A stretch of 64,000 nucleotides of DNA from Myxococcota bacterium (lineage in GTDB: Bacteria; Myxococcota_A; Polyangia; Polyangiales; Sandaracinaceae), in the NCBI GenBank assembly GCA_036149055.1, contig JAYZQJ010000033.1, positions 96,001 through 160,000 on the forward strand, given 5' to 3'. The translations under genes were made by a program, and so were the position numbers. Of the stretch, positions 22,446 to 31,365 are shown in pieces (within the stretch, counting starts at the first letter, position 1; every line of letters starts with the position of its first letter). The notes beneath the pieces were generated by a model, which worked only from the letters and a program-made list of their open reading frames with translations, did not search any database and was not told the DNA's origin.

Positions 22446-22853
22446 TCAGCCTTCGAGGAAGCGCTTGGCGGACTCGGCCCCAGCCTCGATGAGCCCGAGG
22501 AGGCGGCGGACGACGCGATCCTCGTCGCGCTCGGCCTCGACCTCCGCGGACCAGATCACCGTGCAGCCCTCGCCGCGGCGGAGCACCTGGACGCGGCCGC
22601 GGTAGATCCGCAGGGGGTCCTGACCGGCGACGTGCGCGTAGGCGTAGCCGTCGTCGTGGAGGGCGGTGAGGCGCTCGACCGCCTCGGAGCCGTCGCTGAG
22701 GGTGAGCGTGCGGGTCGCGCCGACGCCCTCGCCCTCCACGTCGCAGGTGGCGACCATCGGGTGGAAGTCGTTGAGGATGCTGAAGTCGCCGACGAGGTCC
22801 AGCACGTCCTCGAAGGGCGCGTCGACGTCGAGGCGGTGCTCGAGCTCGGCCAT
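22446..22853 (-). CDS. SRPBCC/polyketide-cyclase-like family protein
   Basis: DLVGDF...FHP...EGEGVGATRTL...ERL pattern. Confidence 0.75.
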   Translation of the reverse strand: MAELEHRLDVDAPFEDVLDLVGDFSILNDFHPMVATCDVEGEGVGATRTLTLSDGSEAVERLTALHDDGYAYAHVAGQDPLRIYRGRVQVLRRGEGCTVIWSAEVEAERDEDRVVRRLLGLIEAGAESAKRFLEG

Positions 22854-22869
22854 GCCCCGAGGATACGCG

Positions 22870-23823
22870 TCAACGCGGGCGCACGACCACACACACGCCG
22901 TCTTCGGCCACCTGGACCGGGCCGGCGTAGCGGGCGCGGATCTCGCCGAGGCCGCCGTCGAGCTCGGCGAGCGCGCGGCGCATGAGGTGGGAGAGCACGA
23001 GCCGGCCGACCCGGGCCTCGGCCGCGACCTCGCCGATCCGGCTGGGCGGCGCGTGCAGCTCGGCCGCGGTCCCGTCCGCGCCCTCGGGGATCGCCATGTG
23101 CGCGACCAGCACGTCGGCCTCCTCGGCGAGCGCGAGGAAGCTCGGCGTGTCGAGGCGCTGGTCCCCGGTGAAGGCCACGCTCGCGTCGCCCACCCGGACC
23201 AGGAAGCCGAGCGCGGGCACCGGGCCGTGGGGCACGCCGACCGCGCGCACGGTGAGGCGCTCGCTCTCGAAGACGTCGAGGGGCGCGCTCTCGATCGACA
23301 CGTCGCGAGGGCGGATCACGAACGGCTGCCCCTCGGCCAGGTAGCCGTCGAGGTACATGTAGCCGCCCGGCGAGAGGAGGTGCCGGACGTGCTCGGTCGT
23401 GTCGGGGAAGGCGCCCTCGCCGGTCGGCCCGAAGATGCGCAGCTCGCGCTCCCGCGCGCCGAAGCTCGATGACTTGAGGAACGCGGCGAGGTCCCCGGAG
23501 TGGTCGACGTGCAGGTGGCTGAGGAGCACCACGTCGAGGTCCGCCGGGTCCGCGCCGCTCGCCCCGTAGGCCCGCATCGTGCCCGGGCCGAGGTCGACGA
23601 GGGCCCGGACGCGGCCGTCGACCCAGACCGCGTAGCCGGTGCTCGCGCGGCCGTCCGAGTCGGCGACCGGGCCCCCCGAGCCGAGCACCTGGACCGCGAC
23701 CGACGCCTCCCGGCACGCGCGCGCGTGGTCGGCGCGCTCCACGGTGTGCACCACCGCGGCCGGCGCCTGCGGGTACGTGCAGCCGCCGAGGATCAGGAGC
23801 GCCAGCGTCGCGGCTCGCTTCAT
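22870..23823 (-). CDS. MBL-fold hydrolase lipoprotein (RNase Z/arylsulfatase-like)
   Basis: Lipobox LGGC; LGSGGP, SHLHVDH, FTGD, LVLSH. Confidence 0.85.
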   Translation of the reverse strand: MKRAATLALLILGGCTYPQAPAAVVHTVERADHARACREASVAVQVLGSGGPVADSDGRASTGYAVWVDGRVRALVDLGPGTMRAYGASGADPADLDVVLLSHLHVDHSGDLAAFLKSSSFGARERELRIFGPTGEGAFPDTTEHVRHLLSPGGYMYLDGYLAEGQPFVIRPRDVSIESAPLDVFESERLTVRAVGVPHGPVPALGFLVRVGDASVAFTGDQRLDTPSFLALAEEADVLVAHMAIPEGADGTAAELHAPPSRIGEVAAEARVGRLVLSHLMRRALAELDGGLGEIRARYAGPVQVAEDGVCVVVRPR

Positions 23824-23836
23824 GCCGGCCCTCTAC

Positions 23837-24550
23837 TCACCGGAGTCGGTCGCGCAAGCCCTGCACCACGTGGTCGGCGTCGAGGGCGTTGCGGACGACG
23901 AAGCCGAGGACCTGGCGCGCGTATCCGTCGTGCGCCTCCTGGGTGGCCGACGGCTCGCTGTGGGAGTGCCACCAGCTCCCGGCGGCAGTGGCCAGCTTCA
24001 CCGCGGCCGCCGCGTCGTGCAGGAGCGCCCGGTTCGCCGGGTCCTGGTTCTTCTTGCGGTAGCGCTCGAGGTCGTGCTGGTCGTGCCCCTCTTCGGGCTC
24101 GGCGAGGTTGCGGGCGCTGGTCGCGAGCGCGTGGCACGCGTCGACCCCCTGCTGGATGGCGTTGGCGAGCACGGCGCCTTGCTGCGACTGGTGCCAGGCG
24201 CGGACCTCGCGGCGCACCTGCTCGGCGAGCTCCCAGGTGGCCCAGATCTCCTCGAACCCGGAGGCGCGCTGGCTCCACTTCACCACCGCGTTGACGATCT
24301 GCATCGGGCGCGCGTCGGTCGCGCCGCCGCTCCAGTGCTGCCACGCGTCGCTGCAGCACTTGGCCGCCGCCTGGAGCACGAGGTCGACGGGCAGCCCCGC
24401 CGCCGCGGCCATCTCGATGAGGAACGCGGGCTCCTCGCACGAGTCCCAGGCTCGCGCGTAGTCCTGGTTCAGCTCCTGGAGGAGCATCATCAGGTCCGTG
24501 TCCCGGATCCCTTCGCGCGTCGGGAGGGTCAGCCAGCGCTCCGTCGCCAT
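23837..24550 (-). CDS. Hypothetical helical protein (possibly Imm5-like)
   Basis: Good codon bias; directly downstream of addA; D-x-R-P...W pattern. Confidence 0.7.
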   Translation of the reverse strand: MATERWLTLPTREGIRDTDLMMLLQELNQDYARAWDSCEEPAFLIEMAAAAGLPVDLVLQAAAKCCSDAWQHWSGGATDARPMQIVNAVVKWSQRASGFEEIWATWELAEQVRREVRAWHQSQQGAVLANAIQQGVDACHALATSARNLAEPEEGHDQHDLERYRKKNQDPANRALLHDAAAAVKLATAAGSWWHSHSEPSATQEAHDGYARQVLGFVVRNALDADHVVQGLRDRLR

Positions 24551-24579
24551 GGGGCCGAGACACTACCAGACGGGCCGAT

Positions 24580-27500
24580 TCAGACGTAGAGGAGAATCGT
24601 CTCGACCTCGTCGCCGGTCGCGGCGGCCACCGCCTTCGCGTAGACCTCGAGCTGCGCCGCGTGGTGCACCTTGGCCCCGGTCTCCCGGTCGGTCTTGAAG
24701 TCGACCACCACCCAGCGCCCTCCGTCGCGGTAGGCGAGGTCGACCACGCCCTCGGCGCTGGTGCCGTCGTCGAGCGGCACCGTGATCGGCGCCTCGCGGC
24801 GGCACTCGCCGCGGGTCTCGGCCTCGGCGGCGGCCCGCAGGATGGGGTGCGCGAGGGTGGCCCCGGCCACCGCCGCTGCCGCCTCGATCTCGTCGGGGGG
24901 CGCGTCGAGCAGCCGGCCCTGATGCCGCGCCATCGCCAGCACCTGGGGCGGCTCCGCGTCGAGCGCGCACTCGGCGAGCACCGCGTGCACCAGCGTGCCG
25001 AAGCGCTTGCCGCCCGGCCGGGTCGCGCGCGCGCCCTCGACCTCGACCAGCTTCGGCGCGTGGGTCGTCGCCTCGACCTCGTGGGCGACCGCGGTGACCG
25101 GCCGGACCCTCCAGCTGGCGCGGGCGCCGCGCTCGAGCGTCGCGTCGCGGGCCGCGACCCAGGCCAGGTGCGCCTCGACCCGCGCCGCGCCGCGCCCCTC
25201 GCCGTCGTCCGGCGCCAGCAGCGCGGTGCGGCGGAGGCCGCCGCGCGGGACCCGCCCGAGCTCGAGGGTCGCGGGGTCCCACCACACCACCTCGTGGTCA
25301 CCGAGGCGGTGCAGGCCCGGCCGGACCGACGCCTCCGTGCCCTTCTTCGGGTCGGGGCCCCGATCGAGCACGCTGTCCTCGCCGAAGTCGGGGCAGCCGG
25401 GGGCGGGCTCGGACGCGCGCCGCGCCTCGAACGCCGGATGCAGCGCGCGGTGCAGGGGGTCCACCCAGCCGGGCTGCGCCTCGTCGCCCACGCAGGGCAC
25501 CACCAGCAGCTCCCGCGCGCGGGTCGCGGCGACGTAGGTGAGCCGGACCTCCTCGGCCGCGTCCGCCTCGAGCACCTGCTCGGCGTGCTCGGTCAGCTCC
25601 ACCGGGGCGCAGCCCGCGAGCGGCGCGGCCCAGAGCTTGGCCGCCGAGTCCACGTACCGCGAGGGCCGCCGGTTGGTCACGCCGTGGATCGGGTCGCAGA
25701 GGATCACCACCGGGAACTCGAGGCCCTTGGCCTTGTGCACCGTCATCAGGCGCACCCCCGCCGCGCGCTCCTCGACCACCGGGGCGTCGACGCCCTCGCC
25801 GCGGGCCAGCTTGTCCTCGAGCTGCTCGGTGAAGGCGCGGAAGCTCGCCGTGCCCTGCGCCTCCGCGCTCCGGGCGAGCTCGAGCACCCGCAGCACGTTG
25901 GCGAGGGCCTGCTCGCCGTTCGGCCAGTTGGCGACCCCGGCGTGGGCGCGGGTCGCGTCGAGGAAGCGCGCGAGGGTGTCGGCGATCGGGCGGCGGTTGC
26001 GCTGCCAGTGGAGCTCGCGCAGCGTCTCGAGGGCGTCGGCGACCGGCGAGCGCTCGGCGCCCCAGAGGGCCTCCGCCGGGTGCACGAGCGGGTTGAGCGG
26101 GCCCTGCGTCTCCCGGTGCAGGAGCAGCTCCTCGTCGCTGATGCCGAAGAACGGCCCGCGCAAGGTCGCGTACACGCTGAGCCCGTCCGACGGATGCTCG
26201 ATCGCGCGGAGCGCGGCGGCGAGCGCGAGCACCTCCTCGCGGTCGTGGAAGGCGCGCCCGCCGACCAGCACGTGGGCCAGCCCGCGGGCCTCGAGCGCCT
26301 GCACGTAGGGCGCGAGGAGGCTGCGCCCCCAGCTCGTCGTGCTCCGGAACAGGAGGCAGATGTCCCGCGACTCGAGCGCGCGCGGCTCGCCGGTGATCGG
26401 ATCGTCCACCCGCCAGCCGCTCTCGTTCAGGAGCCAGTCGCAGAAGGCGCCGGTCGCGTCGGCCGCGCTGTCCGACACCGCGTATTTGTAGATCTTGCCC
26501 CAGCGCCCGTAGGGCCGCGGCACCGAGAGGGCCACGACCGAGGGGCGCCCGTCGGGGGGCGGCCGGTGCTCGCCGAGCGGCACGTAGCGGGCCTGCGCGC
26601 CGGTCTCGGAGCCCTGCATGATCGGCGCGAAGGCGGCGTTGATCGCGCGCTGGATGTCCGGGCGGGCGCGGAAGCTGGTGCTCAGCTCGAGGTGCACGAC
26701 GCCCTGCGCCACCAGGCGCTCCTTGATGCGCTCGTAGAGCGAGACGTCGGCGCGGCGGAACCGGTAGATCGACTGCTTCGGGTCGCCGACGACGAAGAGC
26801 TTGCCCGGGGCCGGCGGCGGCGCGCCCTCGGCCAGCATGCCGTCCGCGGGCACGTCTCCGTCGGTGGCGAGCATCAGCAGGATCTCGGCCTGCAGCGGGT
26901 CGGTGTCCTGGAACTCGTCGACGAAGAAGTAGGCGAAGCGGGCGCGCAGCTCGGCCCGCACCGAGGCGTCGGCCTGGATGAGGTCGCGCGCGCGGATGAG
27001 CAGGTCGAGGAAGTCGAGCGTGCCGCTCCGCGCCTTGAGCTGCTCGTAGGCGTCGACCACCGGGCGCAGGTCGCGGGCGAGCACCGGGGCGAGGTCGGCG
27101 CCGGCGCGCTCGAGGAAGCGGTCGAGCTCCTCGGCGAGCGCGTCGCGGCGGGCGAGCACGTCCTGGCGCAGCAGCCCCTCGCCGTACCACTGCCCGAACC
27201 AGCGGTGCTTCCAGATCTCGCGGTCGGTGCGGAGGTCGTAGAGCTCGGCCTCGAGGCCGTCGTGGTCGCGGGCGCGGATCTCCTCGCGCGCGTCGAGCTC
27301 GGCGAGCCAGCGGCCGAGCCGCGAGAGGTTGTGGGCGAGCTTGTCGTTCGGGGCGCTCGCGAGCTCGGCGAGGGCGGCGACGCCGCGGATCGACTCCACG
27401 CACGTGTCGATGGCGGCGTCGCGATCCCAGGGATCCCGGCGCCACTCCGCCGGGTGGTCGCGGCGCCCCACCAGATCGCGCGCCGCCTTGAGCAGCTGCG

Positions 27501-27996
27501 CGCGCGGCCCCCCTCGTCGACGGAGCACCCGGCGCACGCCCTCCGGCGGGTCGGCGAGGGTGCGCTCGAACCAGCGCGAGAAGGCCCGGCCGATGAGCCC
27601 CGCCTCCTGGTCGTCGGTGAGCAGCTCGAGCGCCGGATCGACGCCGGCCTCGACCGGGCGCTCGCGCAACAGATCGGCGCAGAACGCGTGGATGGTGCCG
27701 ATGCGCGCCGCCTCGAGCTCGGCGAGCGCGGCCTCGAAGCGCGCGCGCTCCTCCGGGTCCTCGGCCTCGGCGCGGGCGCGCTCGAGCTCGGCGCGGAGCC
27801 GCAGCTTCATCTCGCCCGACGCCTTCTCGGTGAAGGTGACGGCGACGATCTCCTCGAGCCGCGCCCTCCCGCGGCGGAGGATCGCGATCATGCGCCCGAT
27901 GAGCGCGGTGGTCTTGCCGGTCCCGGCCGCCGCCTCCACCACGAGGCTGACGTCGAGATCCTCGGCGATGCGTCGGCGCGCCTCCGCGTCTCTCAT
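24580..27996 (-). CDS. addA: AddA-like UvrD helicase with C-terminal PD-(D/E)XK nuclease
   Basis: AAAGTGKT, VTFTEKA, TIHAFC, VDEFQDT, VGDPKQSIYRFRRAD, MTVHKAKGLEF, YVAATRA; nuclease GVVDL..VVDFKT..QLEVY. Confidence 0.9.
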   Translation of the reverse strand: MRDAEARRRIAEDLDVSLVVEAAAGTGKTTALIGRMIAILRRGRARLEEIVAVTFTEKASGEMKLRLRAELERARAEAEDPEERARFEAALAELEAARIGTIHAFCADLLRERPVEAGVDPALELLTDDQEAGLIGRAFSRWFERTLADPPEGVRRVLRRRGGPRAQLLKAARDLVGRRDHPAEWRRDPWDRDAAIDTCVESIRGVAALAELASAPNDKLAHNLSRLGRWLAELDAREEIRARDHDGLEAELYDLRTDREIWKHRWFGQWYGEGLLRQDVLARRDALAEELDRFLERAGADLAPVLARDLRPVVDAYEQLKARSGTLDFLDLLIRARDLIQADASVRAELRARFAYFFVDEFQDTDPLQAEILLMLATDGDVPADGMLAEGAPPPAPGKLFVVGDPKQSIYRFRRADVSLYERIKERLVAQGVVHLELSTSFRARPDIQRAINAAFAPIMQGSETGAQARYVPLGEHRPPPDGRPSVVALSVPRPYGRWGKIYKYAVSDSAADATGAFCDWLLNESGWRVDDPITGEPRALESRDICLLFRSTTSWGRSLLAPYVQALEARGLAHVLVGGRAFHDREEVLALAAALRAIEHPSDGLSVYATLRGPFFGISDEELLLHRETQGPLNPLVHPAEALWGAERSPVADALETLRELHWQRNRRPIADTLARFLDATRAHAGVANWPNGEQALANVLRVLELARSAEAQGTASFRAFTEQLEDKLARGEGVDAPVVEERAAGVRLMTVHKAKGLEFPVVILCDPIHGVTNRRPSRYVDSAAKLWAAPLAGCAPVELTEHAEQVLEADAAEEVRLTYVAATRARELLVVPCVGDEAQPGWVDPLHRALHPAFEARRASEPAPGCPDFGEDSVLDRGPDPKKGTEASVRPGLHRLGDHEVVWWDPATLELGRVPRGGLRRTALLAPDDGEGRGAARVEAHLAWVAARDATLERGARASWRVRPVTAVAHEVEATTHAPKLVEVEGARATRPGGKRFGTLVHAVLAECALDAEPPQVLAMARHQGRLLDAPPDEIEAAAAVAGATLAHPILRAAAEAETRGECRREAPITVPLDDGTSAEGVVDLAYRDGGRWVVVDFKTDRETGAKVHHAAQLEVYAKAVAAATGDEVETILLYV

Positions 27997-30900
27997 GGCT
28001 GCTTCCTCAGCTTCTTCAGCGGCCCGAGGTGTCGGTGCGCCCGGACCTTGCGCGCGGTGCGGTGCGCCTCCTTGGGCCCGCACACCGCGCGGTAGTCGCA
28101 GCGGTCGCAGGCCTTCTCCTCCGGCAGCGCCGGGAAGAAGCCCTCCTCGAAGGCGTGGCTCAGGGTCTCGACCAGCACCCCGATCGCGCGCCGCGCCCGC
28201 TCGTCGAGCGGCACCCCGCGGGACTCGAAGCGCCCCTTGGCCGTGCACCAGTAGAGGCGCCCTCCCCCCACCGTGCGACCCGGGTAGAGCTCCTCGAGCG
28301 CCCGCGCGTAGAGCACCGGCTGGAGGGTGCGGCCGCCCTCGATCACGCCGTGCAGCGCGCGGGCGGCGCCGGTCTTGTGATCGGTCGCCCGGAGCACGCC
28401 GTCGCGCTCCTCCACCAGATCGATCGCGCCCCGCAGGCGCAGCCCCTCGGCGAGCTCCACCGGCGCCTCCCGGCTCGCGGGATCGCGCTCCTCGGTCTTC
28501 GGCAGCCCGAAGCCGAGCTCGAAGCCGACCGGGACCCAGTCCGGGCGCTCGGCCGCGCGCACGAGCCACTCCGCGAGGTCGCTGCGCAGGTCGGTCACCG
28601 CGTCGCGCCACACCCGCTCGATGGCCGGCGCGTGCTCCTCGACGAAGCGAGCCTCGACCTCCTCGATCACGTCCTCGAGCACCGCGCGGGCCTGCTCGAG
28701 CCGCGCCTCGGTCACCGGGAGGAGGCCGCCATCGCGCAGCCGACCGAGGCAACGGAACTGGACCTCGTGGATGAATCGGCCCCGGGTCGCCGGGTCGAGT
28801 GACTCGATCGCCTCCGGCTCCTCGCGCGGCTCGAGGCGCATCACGGCGTCGAGGTAGAAGCGATAGGGGCAGGCGGCGAGCTGCTCGAGCGCGGTGGCGC
28901 TGAAGGCGCGGGCGGAGGGCAGGTGCTTGGCCAGCGCCGCGCGCGCCTCGTCCGACGCGTTGACGAGCCCGTCCGAACGCGACCACTTCCCTTCCCATCG
29001 CGCATAGCGCGCGCGCAGGGCTCGGCCGAGGTGCGGGTTGGCCTGCACGAGGTAGCTCGCCGCGCCGACGACCTCCTTCGGGTCGTCCTCGGCGAGGAGC
29101 TCGTGCAGCACCGCGAGGTCGTACTCCGCCGCGTCGATCGCGCGCGCCGGATCCTCGGGCGCGGGCCAGGCCATGCGCGCCCGGCCGGCGTCCTCGGCCC
29201 GGGCCGCGAGCCGCTCGAAGCTCGGCAGGGTGCCCTCGACCGCGCGCACGACCTCGAGCGCGTAGAACGAGGGGACCCGGGGCCGGCCGCGCTCGGTGTC
29301 GAGGCGCGGATAGGAGAGCACCACCGCCTCCTCGGCCGCGCCGATCGCAAGCCGCAGCGCCAGCCGCTCGGCCTGCACGCGATCCTCGCCGGTGGCCAGC
29401 TCCGGCCCGAGCGCCTCGCGCACCGCGTCGAGCGCGATGGGATCCTCCGACAGCTTCTTCGGGAAGATCTTCTCGGCGAGCCCCGGGACGAACACCCGGG
29501 CGAAGCCGAGCCCGCGCGCCTCGGCGGTGGAGGCGACGTAGAGCTTGCCGGCGGTGGCCGAGCCCGGCCGCTCGACCATCTCGGTGAGCCGCCGGGAGAG
29601 CACGAGGTGCACCTCGGTGAGCCCCACCGGGCCGATCGGCGCCATCGGCGCGAGCTCCCGCAGCACGGCGTGCACCCGCTCGGGCCGACGGATCGCGCGG
29701 GCCGCGAGCGCCTCGAGGCGCCCGATCCACTCGCCCCAGGTCGCCTGCTCGGGCAGCGCCTCGAGCGCCTCGAGCAAGGGCAGGGCGAAGTCCCGGAGGT
29801 GGCCGAGATCGCGGCGCTGCCGGCGCACCGACGCGGCGGCCGGGGCCTCCGGATCCTCGAGGCGCGCCTCGCGCTCGGCGAGGGTGCGCTCGAGGCCGTC
29901 GAGCCGGCGGCGCCAGCGGGCCGCGCCCCCGATCACCGCCGCGTCCACCAGCAGCCGCTCCCAGCGCCACGGCGCGCGCAGGGTGCCGCGCACGACCGGC
30001 GCCTCCGGGTCCCAGCCGCCATCGTCCTCGGGCTCGTCCGGCTCCTCGAAGGGGACGGGGATCACCTCGTCCTCGGGGGGACGCCAGGCCGCCTCCGCCT
30101 CCTCGGGCGGCGCGCCGTCGTCGCCCGCGTCCGGGACGACGCCGAGCGAGAGGTACTCGGAGAAGGCGCGGGCGCTCAGGCCCTCCTCGCGGCAGGCGAG
30201 CAGCGCCAGGAGCGCGCGGCCGGTGGGATCGGGCCGGACGGTGCCCCGGGAGAAGCACGCCGGGATGCGCGCGCGGCGCAGGGCCTCGACGAGGTGCGCG
30301 CGGTAGCGCTCGGGGGCGTGGGTGAGCACGGCCATCCGGTCGAAGGGCAGCCCCTCGTCCGCCGCCTCGAGCACGCGGCGAGCGATCTCGACGCACTCGC
30401 GGCTCTCCCCGGGCGCGCTGAAGAGCTCGACCGTCTCGTCCATCTCTCCGCGCGCCGCGACGTCGGCGAAGAGCTGGTCGCGCAGCCGGTCGAGCGCGCG
30501 GGCGCCGGCCGGTCGCTCGAGCGGCGCGGGCTCGCACCCGAGCGCGCGGGAGAGCCGCCGGAGCGCGGCCGCGTCACCGCTCGGGGAGATCGCCCGCACC
30601 GCGCCGCGGGCCGCGAGCGCGGCGACCAGCCGGGCCTCGAGCGCGTGGGCGAGCGGCGCGTCGAGGAGCAGGGTCGGCGCGTCGAGCAGGGGATGGCCGG
30701 CCGGGTCCTCGGCCCGGGCGACGGCGGCCCGCAGCACGTCGGCGCGGTCGGCGATGCCGGCCCGGGACAGCTCCCGGCGGAAGAGCGCGTGGAGGCGGCC
30801 GAGGTCCGCCGGCAGCGCCGCCTCGTCGATCTCGGCCAGGCCGATCTCGGTGAAGGTCCGGGCCAGCGCCCGCGGGAGCCCGGGCCGATCGGCGACCCGC

Positions 30901-31250
30901 GCGTAGCGCCCGAGCGCGCCCTCGTCGCGCGCGAGGTGGACCATGCGGGCGCACATCGCCTCGAGCACCAGCGGGGTCGCCTGGGCCAGCCCCTGGGCCG
31001 CGAGCCGGGTCGCGCCGAGCCGGGCGGCGAGCTCGGTCAGCGTCACGCGCTGCCAGCCGAACGCGGCCGGCCGCCCCTCCGCCGCCCGCCGGAGCAGGCG
31101 CGAGCCGGCCTCGAGCGTGGGCGCGACGACGAGGAGCGGCGCCGCGGGCGAGTGCCCCGCGATCCAGGCCGCGGCCGCGCGCAGCCGGGTCTCGGCGTCG
31201 GGGGCGTGAAGCAATGCGTGGCGGGGATCGTCGGTCACTTCGTCGGACAC
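27993..31250 (-). CDS. addB: AddB-like subunit (inactive helicase fold, PD-(D/E)XK nuclease, Fe-S cysteines)
   Basis: SATALE..ACPYRF, RGAIDLVE, DHKTG, LQPVLY, CDRCDYRAVC; ATGA coupling to addA. Confidence 0.85.
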   Translation of the reverse strand: MSDEVTDDPRHALLHAPDAETRLRAAAAWIAGHSPAAPLLVVAPTLEAGSRLLRRAAEGRPAAFGWQRVTLTELAARLGATRLAAQGLAQATPLVLEAMCARMVHLARDEGALGRYARVADRPGLPRALARTFTEIGLAEIDEAALPADLGRLHALFRRELSRAGIADRADVLRAAVARAEDPAGHPLLDAPTLLLDAPLAHALEARLVAALAARGAVRAISPSGDAAALRRLSRALGCEPAPLERPAGARALDRLRDQLFADVAARGEMDETVELFSAPGESRECVEIARRVLEAADEGLPFDRMAVLTHAPERYRAHLVEALRRARIPACFSRGTVRPDPTGRALLALLACREEGLSARAFSEYLSLGVVPDAGDDGAPPEEAEAAWRPPEDEVIPVPFEEPDEPEDDGGWDPEAPVVRGTLRAPWRWERLLVDAAVIGGAARWRRRLDGLERTLAEREARLEDPEAPAAASVRRQRRDLGHLRDFALPLLEALEALPEQATWGEWIGRLEALAARAIRRPERVHAVLRELAPMAPIGPVGLTEVHLVLSRRLTEMVERPGSATAGKLYVASTAEARGLGFARVFVPGLAEKIFPKKLSEDPIALDAVREALGPELATGEDRVQAERLALRLAIGAAEEAVVLSYPRLDTERGRPRVPSFYALEVVRAVEGTLPSFERLAARAEDAGRARMAWPAPEDPARAIDAAEYDLAVLHELLAEDDPKEVVGAASYLVQANPHLGRALRARYARWEGKWSRSDGLVNASDEARAALAKHLPSARAFSATALEQLAACPYRFYLDAVMRLEPREEPEAIESLDPATRGRFIHEVQFRCLGRLRDGGLLPVTEARLEQARAVLEDVIEEVEARFVEEHAPAIERVWRDAVTDLRSDLAEWLVRAAERPDWVPVGFELGFGLPKTEERDPASREAPVELAEGLRLRGAIDLVEERDGVLRATDHKTGAARALHGVIEGGRTLQPVLYARALEELYPGRTVGGGRLYWCTAKGRFESRGVPLDERARRAIGVLVETLSHAFEEGFFPALPEEKACDRCDYRAVCGPKEAHRTARKVRAHRHLGPLKKLRKQP

Positions 31251-31365
31251 CGAGGGGAAGGACGCAGGGGGGTCGTGGGTTCTGACGCCGCGGCTTGCCG
31301 AGAGGGCTGCTCCCTGTGACCATGAGGGCCATCGGGGTGGGAGCGGGGCGCCGGAAGACTCGACT

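Noticed and set aside
24580..30537. 1985-aa ORF suggesting a giant helicase fusion
   Set aside because: The N-terminal ~850 aa is an off-frame read of addB. The real AddA starts at 27996 with ATGA coupling.
24580..31250. Helicase plus Cas4-like nuclease as a CRISPR or defence system
   Set aside because: Architecture and order fit housekeeping AddAB; no cas genes or repeat-spacer array were seen.
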